DNA of 64,000 nucleotides, taken from Fidelibacterota bacterium (lineage in GTDB: Bacteria; Fidelibacterota; Marinisomatia; SCGC-AAA003-L08; GCA-2689995). The first letter of the stretch is position 1; each line of letters begins with the position of its first letter. A model generated the notes under the pieces. It saw only the letters and a program-made list of their open reading frames with translations. It had not been told where the DNA came from and made no database searches. A program made the position numbers and the translations under genes. Below, piece by piece: positions 30,759 through 41,700 of the stretch. The stretch lies in NCBI GenBank assembly GCA_014381925.1, contig JACNKR010000037.1, positions 35,767-99,766 on the forward strand, in the 5' to 3' direction.

Positions 30759-32294
30759 CTGAGTAACCACATTACAATTATTGATTTTGGTTCACAATAT
30801 ACACAACTTATTGCACGGCGGATTCGCGAGCTTAATGTTTATTCAATAATAGTTCCGTATACTGAAAGTCCTAATAAAATACTTGATAAAAATCCCTGCG
30901 GGATAATTCTTTCTGGTGGTCCTTCTAGCATTTATGAAAAAAATGCTCCTCAAATTTCTAAAGAAATATTAAAAAGTAATATACCTATCCTTGGTATTTG
31001 TTATGGTATGCAATTATTAATTGATTTTTATGACGGTGAAATTGGAAAATCAAATAATAGAGAATATGGTATTTCTGAAATTAGTCAAAACAAAAAATCA
31101 AGTCTTTTTAAAAATGTGAGTAATAAAACACAGGTCTGGATGAGCCATGGTGATCATTTAAATAAAGCTCCGAATGGATTTGAAATTATTGCACATTCTA
31201 TAGATAAAATACCTGCCGCAATATCATCTAATGATAAATTAAAATATGGAATTCAATTTCACCCTGAAGTTTCACATACTTCAGAAGGAAAATCGATTCT
31301 TAGTAATTTTATTTTCGAGATTTGTAAATCCAAAAGTGATTGGACTTCTGAAGAGTTTATAGAATCTCAAATTAATTCGATAAAGAAAATAGTAGGTGAT
31401 GATAAAGTCATTTGTGGGGTTAGCGGTGGAGTAGATTCTACTGTTACGTATAAATTATTATATGAAGCGATTGGTGAAAATGTAATCCCAGTATTTATTG
31501 ATAATGGATTATTACGAAAAAATGAGTTTGAATTTGTTAATTCAATGTTTAAAAATAGAATGAATATCCCCTTAAATTCATTTAATTGTAAAAAACTTTT
31601 TTTGGATAATTTAAAAGGTGTATCAAACCCTGAGCGAAAAAGAAAAATAATTGGTCGAGAATTTATTAGAGTATTTGAAAAAATATCTAAAAATTATAAA
31701 AATTTAAAATATTTAGCTCAAGGAACATTATACCCAGATATCATTGAAAGTGTTTCTGTGAATGGTCCTTCAGTAACTATTAAATCTCACCATAATGTGG
31801 GTGGGTTACCTAAAAAATTAAATTTAACATTAATTGAACCAATGAAAGAACTTTTTAAAGATGAAGTTCGTGAAATTGGCCGATCATTAAATGTACCTGA
31901 AGATATCTTAATGCGTCATCCTTTCCCTGGTCCTGGGTTAGCTGTGCGAATTTTAGGTGATATTACACCTAAAAAAATAAAATTATTGCAAAATGCAGAT
32001 GCAATATTTATCGATGAATTACAATCTCAAGGATTATATAATTCGACATGGCAAGCATTTGCTGTACTATTACCTGTTAAATCAGTTGGTGTAATGGGTG
32101 ATAAAAGAACTTATCAGCGAGCAATTGCTTTACGAGCAGTTTCATCAAGAGATGGAATGACAGCTGAGTGGACTGAGTTTCCACATGATTTTTTAAGACG
32201 AGTTTCAACTCGAATAGTAAATGAAGTCCCTGGTATAAATAGAGTGGTATATGATATTAGTAATAAACCACCTGGAACAATTGAATGGGAGTAA
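30759..32294 (+). CDS. guaA: GMP synthase (glutamine-hydrolysing); start codon unresolved
   Basis: The GATase domain (IIDFGSQYTQLIARRIRE...GICYGMQ) is in frame upstream of the track start at 31008, followed by the ATP-PPase SGGVDS motif and a C-terminal EWE. The frame is open from 30696 with no ATG/GTG/TTG. CTG at 30759 lies 5 nt after GGAG. Confidence 0.9.
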   Translation: MSNHITIIDFGSQYTQLIARRIRELNVYSIIVPYTESPNKILDKNPCGIILSGGPSSIYEKNAPQISKEILKSNIPILGICYGMQLLIDFYDGEIGKSNNREYGISEISQNKKSSLFKNVSNKTQVWMSHGDHLNKAPNGFEIIAHSIDKIPAAISSNDKLKYGIQFHPEVSHTSEGKSILSNFIFEICKSKSDWTSEEFIESQINSIKKIVGDDKVICGVSGGVDSTVTYKLLYEAIGENVIPVFIDNGLLRKNEFEFVNSMFKNRMNIPLNSFNCKKLFLDNLKGVSNPERKRKIIGREFIRVFEKISKNYKNLKYLAQGTLYPDIIESVSVNGPSVTIKSHHNVGGLPKKLNLTLIEPMKELFKDEVREIGRSLNVPEDILMRHPFPGPGLAVRILGDITPKKIKLLQNADAIFIDELQSQGLYNSTWQAFAVLLPVKSVGVMGDKRTYQRAIALRAVSSRDGMTAEWTEFPHDFLRRVSTRIVNEVPGINRVVYDISNKPPGTIEWE

Positions 32295-33760
32295 TAATGA
32301 TGAATGAAAATAAAATTTTAAAAGAAGCATTAACATTTGATGATGTTTTATTAGTACCTCAAAAAAGCCAGCTACTACCCAAAGATGCTATATTAACAAC
32401 TCGATTAACTAAGAATTTAAATCTTAATATTCCGTTAATTTCAGCAGCTATGGATACTGTGACAGAAACTAAGATGGCCATAGCAATGGCTCGAGAAGGT
32501 GGCTTAGGTGTAATTCATAAAAATCAAACCATTGATGAACAGGCTGATATGGTTGATCAAGTTAAAAGGTCTGAAAGTGGTATGATTTTAGATCCAATTA
32601 CAATGAATTCTGATAAATGTATTGAAGATGCACTAAAGTTGATGGCAAAATTTAGAGTAAGTGGAATTCCAATTGTTGACAAAGGAAAACTAAATGGTAT
32701 TTTGACGAATAGAGATTTACGATTTTTAACTGATTTTTCCAAACCAATCAGTGATTATATGACTCCTAAAGAAAAATTAGTTACCGTTCCAAAAGGTACA
32801 ACTTTAGAAGAAGCTGAAATAATTCTTCAACATAATCGTATTGAAAAATTATTAGTTGTTGAAAAAAATGGTGATTTAGCGGGATTAATTACAGTTAAAG
32901 ATATTTTGAAGAAAAAACAATATCCAAATGCCATAAAAGATAAACATGGTAGATTGCTTGTAGGAAGTGCTGTTGGGACCGGATCAGATACATTAGATAG
33001 AGCAAATGCTTTGATAAATGCAGGGGTAGATGTATTAATTGTAGATACTGCTCATGGGCATTCACAGGGTGTCTTAGATATGGTTGAAAAGATTAGATCT
33101 AAGCATGATATTGAAATAATTGCTGGAAATATTGTAACTCCTCAAGCCGTAAAAGATTTAATAGACAGAGGTGTTTCTGCGGTAAAAGTTGGTATTGGTG
33201 CTGGTGCAAGTTGTACAACTCGTATTGTTGCAGGAGTTGGTGTTCCACAATTATCTGCTATAATGGATTGTGTTAAGATGGGTGAAAAATATAATATTCC
33301 GATTATAGCAGATGGGGGTATTCGGTTTTCAGGTGATATTTCTAAATCGATTGCTGCAGGGGCACATACCGTAATGATTGGTTCATTATTTGCGGGAATG
33401 GATGAATCACCAGGTGAAACCGTATTGTACGAGGGTAGGAGTTTTAAGACTTATAGAGGAATGGGTAGCTTATCTGCAATGCAAGAGGGTAGTGGTGATC
33501 GATATTTTCAAGAAGGTCAAAAACAAAATAAACTTGTGCCTGAAGGAATTGAAGGAATGGTTCCATTTAGAGGGAAAGTTTACCAAACAATTTATCAATT
33601 AATTGGTGGTTTAAAATCAGCAATGGGTTATACAGGAAATAAAACAATTGACGAGATGAGATATAAATCTAAATTTATTCAAATAACATCTTCAGGTATG
33701 AAAGAGAGTCATCCTCACGATATGAAAATTACAAAAGAAGCACCTAATTACAACCTATAA
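32285..33760 (+). CDS. guaB: IMP dehydrogenase
   Basis: LTFDDVLLVP, tandem CBS domains, catalytic loop GIGAGASCTTR. An alternative start is at 32297. Confidence 0.95.
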   Translation: MGVIMMNENKILKEALTFDDVLLVPQKSQLLPKDAILTTRLTKNLNLNIPLISAAMDTVTETKMAIAMAREGGLGVIHKNQTIDEQADMVDQVKRSESGMILDPITMNSDKCIEDALKLMAKFRVSGIPIVDKGKLNGILTNRDLRFLTDFSKPISDYMTPKEKLVTVPKGTTLEEAEIILQHNRIEKLLVVEKNGDLAGLITVKDILKKKQYPNAIKDKHGRLLVGSAVGTGSDTLDRANALINAGVDVLIVDTAHGHSQGVLDMVEKIRSKHDIEIIAGNIVTPQAVKDLIDRGVSAVKVGIGAGASCTTRIVAGVGVPQLSAIMDCVKMGEKYNIPIIADGGIRFSGDISKSIAAGAHTVMIGSLFAGMDESPGETVLYEGRSFKTYRGMGSLSAMQEGSGDRYFQEGQKQNKLVPEGIEGMVPFRGKVYQTIYQLIGGLKSAMGYTGNKTIDEMRYKSKFIQITSSGMKESHPHDMKITKEAPNYNL

Positions 33761-33762
33761 TT

Positions 33763-35406
33763 ATGGTAAATAAAAAAGAAGTTAAATATATTTTTATATT
33801 TGGAGGTGTTTTATCGGGTTTAGGGAAAGGAATTGTTTCTGCATCTTTAGGATATTTATTAAAATCTCGTGGATTTAATGTTACGATTCAAAAATTAGAT
33901 CCATATTTAAATATAGATCCTGGGACTATGAATCCATATCAACATGGTGAAGTGTTTGTACTTGATGATGGTTCTGAAACCGATTTGGATTTAGGGCATT
34001 ACGAGCGATTTATTGATACGAATTTATCCAAAAGTAATACTACTTCAGCAGGTAGAGTGTATTGGGATGTTCTAAAAAGAGAGCGAAAAGGTGATTACCT
34101 TGGAGAGACAATTCAAGTTATTCCTCATATAACGGATGAAATTAAAAATAGAATTTTAGAAGTGAATAAAAATGCTGAATTTGATGTTATAATTACAGAA
34201 GTAGGTGGAACTGTTGGTGATATTGAGGGTCAACCATTTTATGAAGCAATTAGACAATTACGATTGAAAATAGGTCGCAAAAATACAATGGTAATTCATC
34301 TTACATTATTACCATATTTAAGTGCTTCTGGAGAAATTAAAACAAAACCAACTCAACATAGTGTAATGAGATTGAGAGAAATTGGTCTTGACCCTGAAAT
34401 GATAATTTGTAGAACTGAGAATAATCATCATTTAACACAGGAAATGAAAAATAAAATCAGTTTATTTTGTAATGTTAATCCTGATTATGTATTTGAATCT
34501 CCTGATGTTGAGAGTATTTATGAAATCCCACTTGTATTAAACAAACAAGGATTTGATGATGCTGTTGTATCCGAATTAGAAATGAGAAAAACCTCAAATC
34601 ATACAGGTGTTCAATATTTAGAACAATTTATGAGTGATTTTCAGAATCCAAAAAATAATATTACAATAGCAATTTGTGGTAAGTATAATGATTTACATGA
34701 CGCTTATAAAAGTATTTTAGAAGCATTCATCCATTCTGGTGTTGAAAATAAAGCTCGAATAAATGTTAAATGGGTCGATACTGAAAAGTTGGAAGTAAAT
34801 GGAAATGTGGAGAATTCATTTTCAAATATAGATGGAATCTTAATACCGGGTGGATTTGGTGATAGAGGAATTGAAGGTAAAATTCTTTCTGTAAAATATG
34901 CACGAGAACACCATATTCCATTTTTTGGAATTTGTTTAGGTTTACAGTGTGCAATAATTGAATTTGCACGAAATATATGTAATTTACAAAATGCAAATAG
35001 CACTGAATTTGATGTAAATACACCATTTCCTGTGATTGATATTATGGAAACGCAAAAAGGAATAAAGCATAAAGGTGCATCTATGCGATTAGGATCGTAT
35101 GCTTGTGAATTAAAACAAAAAACGAATGCTACAAATGCGTATGAATTAAAATCAATTAATGAACGACATAGGCATCGGTTTGAGTTAAATAATAAATTTA
35201 GAGACCAATTAGAAGAAGCTGGAATAATATTTAGTGGAATTAATAAAAAATTAGATCTTGTTGAAATAATTGAAATTAAAGACCATCCATGGTTTGTTGG
35301 AGTTCAATTTCATCCTGAATTAAAAAGTAGAGTTGTAAAAGCTCATCCTTTATTTAGAGATTTTATTTCAGCGTCAGTAAAATATTCAAACGGAAAAAGT
35401 AAATAA
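33763..35406 (+). CDS. pyrG: CTP synthase
   Basis: KYIFIFGGV.S.LGKG, and a GATase domain with GICLGLQ. Confidence 0.95.
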   Translation: MVNKKEVKYIFIFGGVLSGLGKGIVSASLGYLLKSRGFNVTIQKLDPYLNIDPGTMNPYQHGEVFVLDDGSETDLDLGHYERFIDTNLSKSNTTSAGRVYWDVLKRERKGDYLGETIQVIPHITDEIKNRILEVNKNAEFDVIITEVGGTVGDIEGQPFYEAIRQLRLKIGRKNTMVIHLTLLPYLSASGEIKTKPTQHSVMRLREIGLDPEMIICRTENNHHLTQEMKNKISLFCNVNPDYVFESPDVESIYEIPLVLNKQGFDDAVVSELEMRKTSNHTGVQYLEQFMSDFQNPKNNITIAICGKYNDLHDAYKSILEAFIHSGVENKARINVKWVDTEKLEVNGNVENSFSNIDGILIPGGFGDRGIEGKILSVKYAREHHIPFFGICLGLQCAIIEFARNICNLQNANSTEFDVNTPFPVIDIMETQKGIKHKGASMRLGSYACELKQKTNATNAYELKSINERHRHRFELNNKFRDQLEEAGIIFSGINKKLDLVEIIEIKDHPWFVGVQFHPELKSRVVKAHPLFRDFISASVKYSNGKSK

Positions 35407-35417
35407 TAAAGGATAAC

Positions 35418-37244
35418 TTGAGAAAAGAAAATTTTAGAAATATAGCAATAATTGCCCATGTTGACCATGGTAAAACAACTTTAGTTGATGGTATGTTAAA
35501 GTATAGTGGCCAATTTAGAGAAAATCAAGAAGTTGTTGACAGGGTAATGGACTCAATGGATTTGGAAAGAGAAAGAGGAATCACTATAACGGCAAAAAAT
35601 ACAGCTGTTCAATATAAAGGAATAAAAATAAATATTGTTGATACTCCAGGTCACGCAGATTTTGGGGGTGAAGTTGAGAGAAGTCTAAATTTAGTCGATG
35701 GTGTATTATTATTAGTTGATTCAAGTGAGGGCCCACTACCGCAGACTCGATTTGTTGTTAAAAAAGCATTAGATAGACAACTCCCTGTTATTTTAGTTAT
35801 TAATAAAATTGATCGAAAAGATGCCCGAATTGAAGAGGTGATTAATGAAGTTTATGATTTATTTATTGATTTAGATGCAACAGATGAACAAATTGATTTT
35901 CCTATTTTATATACAAATGCTAAAGAAGGAATTGCACATAAAGATTTAACAGATGGTTCAACCGATTTAGATCCCCTTTTTCAGGTTATTTTAAATAAAA
36001 TTAATGGGCCTATTGGTGATGATAATGCTGAACCTCAATTATTAGTTACTAATTTAGATTATGATTCTTATGTTGGACAAATTGCTGTTGGAAGATTAAA
36101 TAATGGTAAATTAGAAATGAACAAAAATTATAGTCTTTGTCATGAAACTGGTATTAAAACAGGAATTAAATTTTCAGCCATTTATACTTATGATGGATTA
36201 AATAAAATAAAAGTAAAGTCCTTAGAGGCAGGGGATATTATTGCAGTTGCTGGCGTACCAAATGTCAAAATAGGTGATACAATCTCATCAGAAGAAAATC
36301 CTGATATATTACCACGAATAAAAGTAGATGAACCTACTGTATCAATGCAGTTTTGTGTAAACAATGGACCATTTTCAGGGAAAGAAGGAGATTATTTAAC
36401 TTCAAGACATTTAAAAGATCGATTAGAAAAAGAAACAATGATTAATGTATCTTTAAAAGTAAAATCGACAGAAAACGCAGATACATTTGAAGTATGTGGT
36501 AGAGGTGAACTTCAATTAGCTATTTTAATTGAAACGATGCGAAGAGAAGGCTTTGAATTGATGGCGTCTAAACCTCAAGTAATTACAAAAGAAGTCGACG
36601 GTAAAATCCATGAACCGATGGAGCAAGTATTTATTGATCTGCCTGAAGATTTTGTTGGAGTAATAACTGAAAAATTATCTAAGAGAAAAGGACGAATGTC
36701 CAATATGCAAAATCATGGACATGGGAGAGTAAATCTTGAATTTATTATTCCTTCAAGAGGATTAATTGGATTTAGAAGTCAATTTCTAACCGACACAAAA
36801 GGTGCTGGAATTATGAACAGTTTATTTCATGGATTTGCACCATGGTTTGGTGAAATTCCACATCGTGCAAGTGGTGCTATTATTTCTGATAGAGATGGAA
36901 AAGTAACACGATATGCTATTCTTGGAATGGTTGATAGAGGTGAATTATTTATTGAAGCTGGAACTGCAGTTTATAAGGGAATGATTATTGGAGAGCGAAA
37001 TAGAGATGGTGATTTAGAAGTCAATATTACTAGAGAGAAAAAGTTGACAAATATGCGTAGCTCTACTTCTGAAGCTACTGTTACCGTAAGACCACCTAAA
37101 CGATTATCATTGGACCAATCTATTGAATTTATTTCAAGCGATGAGTATATTGAGGTTACACCTAAAAATATTAGGCTAAGAAAAATGGAATTAGATACGA
37201 ATAAAAGAGCATCTCGTAAAAAGAAAGAAAAACTTAAAGTATAA
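35418..37244 (+). CDS. typA: translational GTPase TypA/BipA
   Basis: RNIAIIAHVDHGKTTL, DTPGHADFGGEVER, NKID; 608 aa. TTG start. Confidence 0.95.
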   Translation: MRKENFRNIAIIAHVDHGKTTLVDGMLKYSGQFRENQEVVDRVMDSMDLERERGITITAKNTAVQYKGIKINIVDTPGHADFGGEVERSLNLVDGVLLLVDSSEGPLPQTRFVVKKALDRQLPVILVINKIDRKDARIEEVINEVYDLFIDLDATDEQIDFPILYTNAKEGIAHKDLTDGSTDLDPLFQVILNKINGPIGDDNAEPQLLVTNLDYDSYVGQIAVGRLNNGKLEMNKNYSLCHETGIKTGIKFSAIYTYDGLNKIKVKSLEAGDIIAVAGVPNVKIGDTISSEENPDILPRIKVDEPTVSMQFCVNNGPFSGKEGDYLTSRHLKDRLEKETMINVSLKVKSTENADTFEVCGRGELQLAILIETMRREGFELMASKPQVITKEVDGKIHEPMEQVFIDLPEDFVGVITEKLSKRKGRMSNMQNHGHGRVNLEFIIPSRGLIGFRSQFLTDTKGAGIMNSLFHGFAPWFGEIPHRASGAIISDRDGKVTRYAILGMVDRGELFIEAGTAVYKGMIIGERNRDGDLEVNITREKKLTNMRSSTSEATVTVRPPKRLSLDQSIEFISSDEYIEVTPKNIRLRKMELDTNKRASRKKKEKLKV

Positions 37245-37268
37245 TATTTTTATTGAGAAAATAAATTA

Positions 37269-38678
37269 ATGAAAAGAACAAAAATAATTGCCACTTTAGG
37301 ACCTGCATCAAATAATCCTGAAATAATAAAAGAATTGATTAAAGCTGGAATTGATGTTGCGAGAATTAATATGTCACATTCACAGGATGAAAATGCAGTT
37401 AAATTATTAGTTGATATAATTCGACATGAGGCAAAACAATTAGACCGTTCTGTATCAATTATTTTTGATTTATCAGGACCAAAGTTAAGAGTTAAGCGAT
37501 TTTCAGAAAATAAATCTATTTCTATTGAAAAAGATAAATTCTACACAATTGGCTATACTAATTCAGATATTCCTATTGATGTAAATCTTATATTTAAGCA
37601 TGTTGAAGAAGGTGCATTGGTTAAAATTAATGATGGAAATTTATCATTTAAAGTCATTAATCATAAAAATTCTCAATTAGAAATTTGTGCAGAAAATTCT
37701 GGAGAAATAACTTCAGGTAAAGGTGTTAATTTCCCTGGTATTACTTTAAATATACCTGCTGTTACCGAGAAAGATATAAATGATTTAAAACTTGCTATAT
37801 CTTTAGATATTGATTGGGTCGCAATTTCATTTATTCGGAATGTTGAAGATTGTAAACCAATTCAAAAAGTATTTGATGAATATTCCAAATCAATTCCAAT
37901 GATTGCAAAAATTGAAAAACCTGAAGCACTTGAAAATTTATCAGAATTGATTAATCTATTCGATGGAATATTAGTTGCACGAGGTGATTTAGGAGTTGAA
38001 ATGCCATTAAATGAATTACCTATTTTAAGTAAAAAAATTGTAAATGAATGTTTAAAAAAGCATAAGCCGGTAATAATTGCGACTCAAATGTTAGAAACAA
38101 TGATTGAAAATCCATCACCTACGCGTGCAGAAGTAAATGATGTTGCGAATGCGATTTACGATGGAGCAGATGCGGTTATGTTATCTGGTGAAACAGCAAT
38201 GGGAAATTATCCCGTTGAAACTGTAAAAATGATGTCTTCAATTACTAAATCTGTTGAAAAGGATTATGACCAATCTAATTTTAATCGAAATATTCAATTT
38301 AAAAATGATGTTAAAATTGATAATCGCTTGCCTATTGCACATGCAGTATTTACATTAGTTAAAGATATGAAAGTAAAGCATATAGTCATTATGACTGAAA
38401 GTGGTAAAACGGCGAAGCAAATGGCTGTTTTTAGGCCAGATGCAACTATTTATGCACTTTGCCCTCATTGGGATATTTGTAGGGAATTGAATCTAATTTG
38501 GGGAATAATCCCTGTACATGTAAATGAGTTTAATTCAACAGATGATATGTTAGTTCAATCTTCTGCAATATTAAAACAAAAGGGATTTTTAAAAGAAGGT
38601 GAAACCTTTATATTGACCGCTGGAGTACCTGTTGGGATTTCAGGATCTACCAATATGTTGAAAATTCATACAGCTTAA
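37269..38678 (+). CDS. pyk: pyruvate kinase
   Basis: RTKIIATLGPA, ARINMSH, VARGDLGVE, MLSGETA.G.YP. Confidence 0.95.
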   Translation: MKRTKIIATLGPASNNPEIIKELIKAGIDVARINMSHSQDENAVKLLVDIIRHEAKQLDRSVSIIFDLSGPKLRVKRFSENKSISIEKDKFYTIGYTNSDIPIDVNLIFKHVEEGALVKINDGNLSFKVINHKNSQLEICAENSGEITSGKGVNFPGITLNIPAVTEKDINDLKLAISLDIDWVAISFIRNVEDCKPIQKVFDEYSKSIPMIAKIEKPEALENLSELINLFDGILVARGDLGVEMPLNELPILSKKIVNECLKKHKPVIIATQMLETMIENPSPTRAEVNDVANAIYDGADAVMLSGETAMGNYPVETVKMMSSITKSVEKDYDQSNFNRNIQFKNDVKIDNRLPIAHAVFTLVKDMKVKHIVIMTESGKTAKQMAVFRPDATIYALCPHWDICRELNLIWGIIPVHVNEFNSTDDMLVQSSAILKQKGFLKEGETFILTAGVPVGISGSTNMLKIHTA

Positions 38679-38797
38679 TATTTGCTACATATTATTTCTT
38701 TTAATAATCTTCTACTTTAAAAGTTCTTTATCCCCAATTAATTTTTTTCTGTAATATTATATTTAACCGTGTAATTTACTTTTGTTAAATTATAGTT

Positions 38798-41700
38798 ATG
38801 AATTATCCAAATATCCGTCGAGAATCCGTATTAAATCCGCTTTTAGAATTAGTAAAGGATTGTATAAAATCAAACCATACTGGAATAATTGAAATATATG
38901 GAAATGCGGGTTGTGGAAAAACAACAATTCTTAATCAAATTGAAGAATATTTTTCTTATTATGCTATTTTCCCACACATTAATCAAACAATTGGATATGA
39001 GCAATTTTCATTAATTTCATATTTATCTTCTTTAAATAATAATCATTTCAAACCTAAATTAGATGAAAATGAAATAATTTCACATCTTAGTGAACTTTTA
39101 CTTCAATCACGAAATTTTCAAAAAGATATTCAAATATTTATAATAGATGATTCTCATCTATTGTCTAAGGAGGTTATAAACCAATTAAAACTTATATTTA
39201 ATAAGTATAGTGGATTTTCAAATTACTTTTTAATTTTATCTGGTAGAGAGAAAAAACTAAATAATAATAGTATTGAGATTGGTCGTTTTTCAAAAAATGA
39301 GATTGATCATATTTTCCAATTATTTCTTAATAAAAAATGGGTAGAATTAAATACAGATATTTATGATTGGATTATAAAATTAACGGATGCTTGGCCTTTT
39401 TATTTAATTCTATTTTTAGAATGGGGGCTGAAGATTGGCACTCTCTCTAAAAAAACACAAAAACCTTTAGACCAAATTATATCAAGGCAATTGCCCGAGA
39501 ATTTACTTCAATCTGTAAATCAAAGATATAATCTTTCACTATTATCTGTCAAACAAAAAGAGATTATTGAATATATTTCATTCTCAACAAAACAGTTATC
39601 ATTTTTAGAATTAGCATCGTTAATTTCAATTCCAATAGGTGAGATTAATAATAATTGTAATTATCTTGAAAATGAGGGATGGATTAATGAAAATAATCAA
39701 TTATACCACCCCTTAATTGGAGAAATGGTAATTGGAAATTGTGAAAATATTCAAAATATAAATGAAAATTTTATTTTAAAGTTAGAATTACCTTTACACG
39801 AACAAGCATCGCACATTTTGAAATTAAATAAATTATCAAAAAACCATAAGTTGATTCTTGAAGAATATGGCGATGAAATTGAGTCAGAAGGACTTTTTTA
39901 TTCTGCGATAAAAACATTTGAAAAGATAGATCCAAAAAAACAATTAAATCATATTCAGTTTAAAATTGCAATAAATTTATATCGAATTGGAAAAAATAAT
40001 CAAAGTAAGGAAATACTTGAAAATTTAATTACGGATAATCGTTTTAATAATAGTTATAAGGTTTATTATTATTTAGGTCGAATATATTTTCTTCAAAATA
40101 AGCTTGATGATGTATTTAAAATTATAAATTTAGGATTAAAAAATGTCTTAGATGATTTTTCAGTTTATAAATTAAAATCTTTGATGATTGAATTATTGGT
40201 CATTAATGGTTCAAAAGATGAAGTCATCAAATTATTAAATGAAATACAGCCAACAGAAAAATCGACAATTGACGAAAAGCTAGAATATTATAATCTTATT
40301 GCACATATTCATCAGCATGCAATTGTAGAAATTGATGTGGTTTATATAATGGAAACAGGTATTGAGCTTGCTGAGAAACACAATAAAAATAGTAATTTAG
40401 TTAATTTAAATTTAGGTTTAATGAGGCATTATGCATTGACTGATGATGTGGAAAATGCATTGTTTTATGCAGAAAAAGCATATTCTCTAGCGAAAGCATG
40501 TTTTGAATTAAGATTAGTTGCGAGTATTTTATTAGAACGAGGTCAAATTTATGCTCGAAATGGCAAAGCTGGTATTGGAATAAAAGATTTAGAAACTGCA
40601 ATTGAGATGAATAAAAGTTTTGAAAATATAATAAATACATTAAATCCAATATCTCAAATGGCTGGGGTGTATGAAATGTTAAATCATATACCAAAATCTG
40701 ACAAAACTCATTCAAATTTATCTGTTCTATTAAAGGAAAATGATAACTTTGATTCTTTACTTGGTTTAGGGATTTATTATCAACTCAGACAAAATTATAG
40801 TAAATCAATACATATTTATAATGCACTTATAATTAAAATTGACAAAATTAATAATGAAAATATTAAAGCTTTTTTATTGGGAGTATTTTATCCAACTATT
40901 TTTAGTAAAGATGAAAAACAAGCAGATAAGAACTTTAATCAAGCTGTAAATGATTTAATTCGTTTAAAAACAATTTATTATCTTCATGCACCCTTTCATG
41001 CAAAGGGTTGGGTATTAATAAATAGTTCGCAAGAAAATAATCTCTCATCACATTTGCAAAAATGGGTTGAAATTATAAAAGATGAAAATGAAATCCCATT
41101 AGATTTTTATCAACCATTAATGATTATTAATGAAATAACCCAAGGTGAAAAACAAAATGCACTTCATCGCTTACGACGATTTGAATCTCGATTTGAAGGT
41201 GCAAATATTCTTCAATATAAAAATCTTTATGATTGGTTAATTAAAGAAAATACATATCCAAAATTTACGAACAGATATAAAGTTATTTCAGAGCTTATAA
41301 ATTCAATAACACATGTTGATAAAAAATTAAATAAAATATCAGTTAATAAATCAGATGAATTTTTAGACTTTTTAATAGAATGGCAGAGATGTATTCATGT
41401 AGAGAAAGATTTTGAAAAATCAATTTTAAATCGATTTGTTCAGAATGAAAGTCAAAAAGATTGTTTATTGGATACTTTAATTGTGTGGGATATATCATTG
41501 TCCAAATTTGAAGATGATATAGCATCTCATTCAAAATTAATTTCAATCCAATTATTAGGAAAGCCAAATGTGAGTATAGAAAAAGTATTAATAAATAAAG
41601 ACCTCAGAGGCGTAAATAAACCAATTGAATTGTTTATTTATCTCATATTAAAAGGATGGAGATTTAATAATCAATTATCAAAAGAACGAATTGCTTCTCA

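Noticed and set aside
30650-30760. Purine riboswitch or other leader upstream of guaA.
   Set aside because: The sequence shows none of the conserved purine-riboswitch junction motifs and no convincing three-way junction. It is mostly unstructured A+T.
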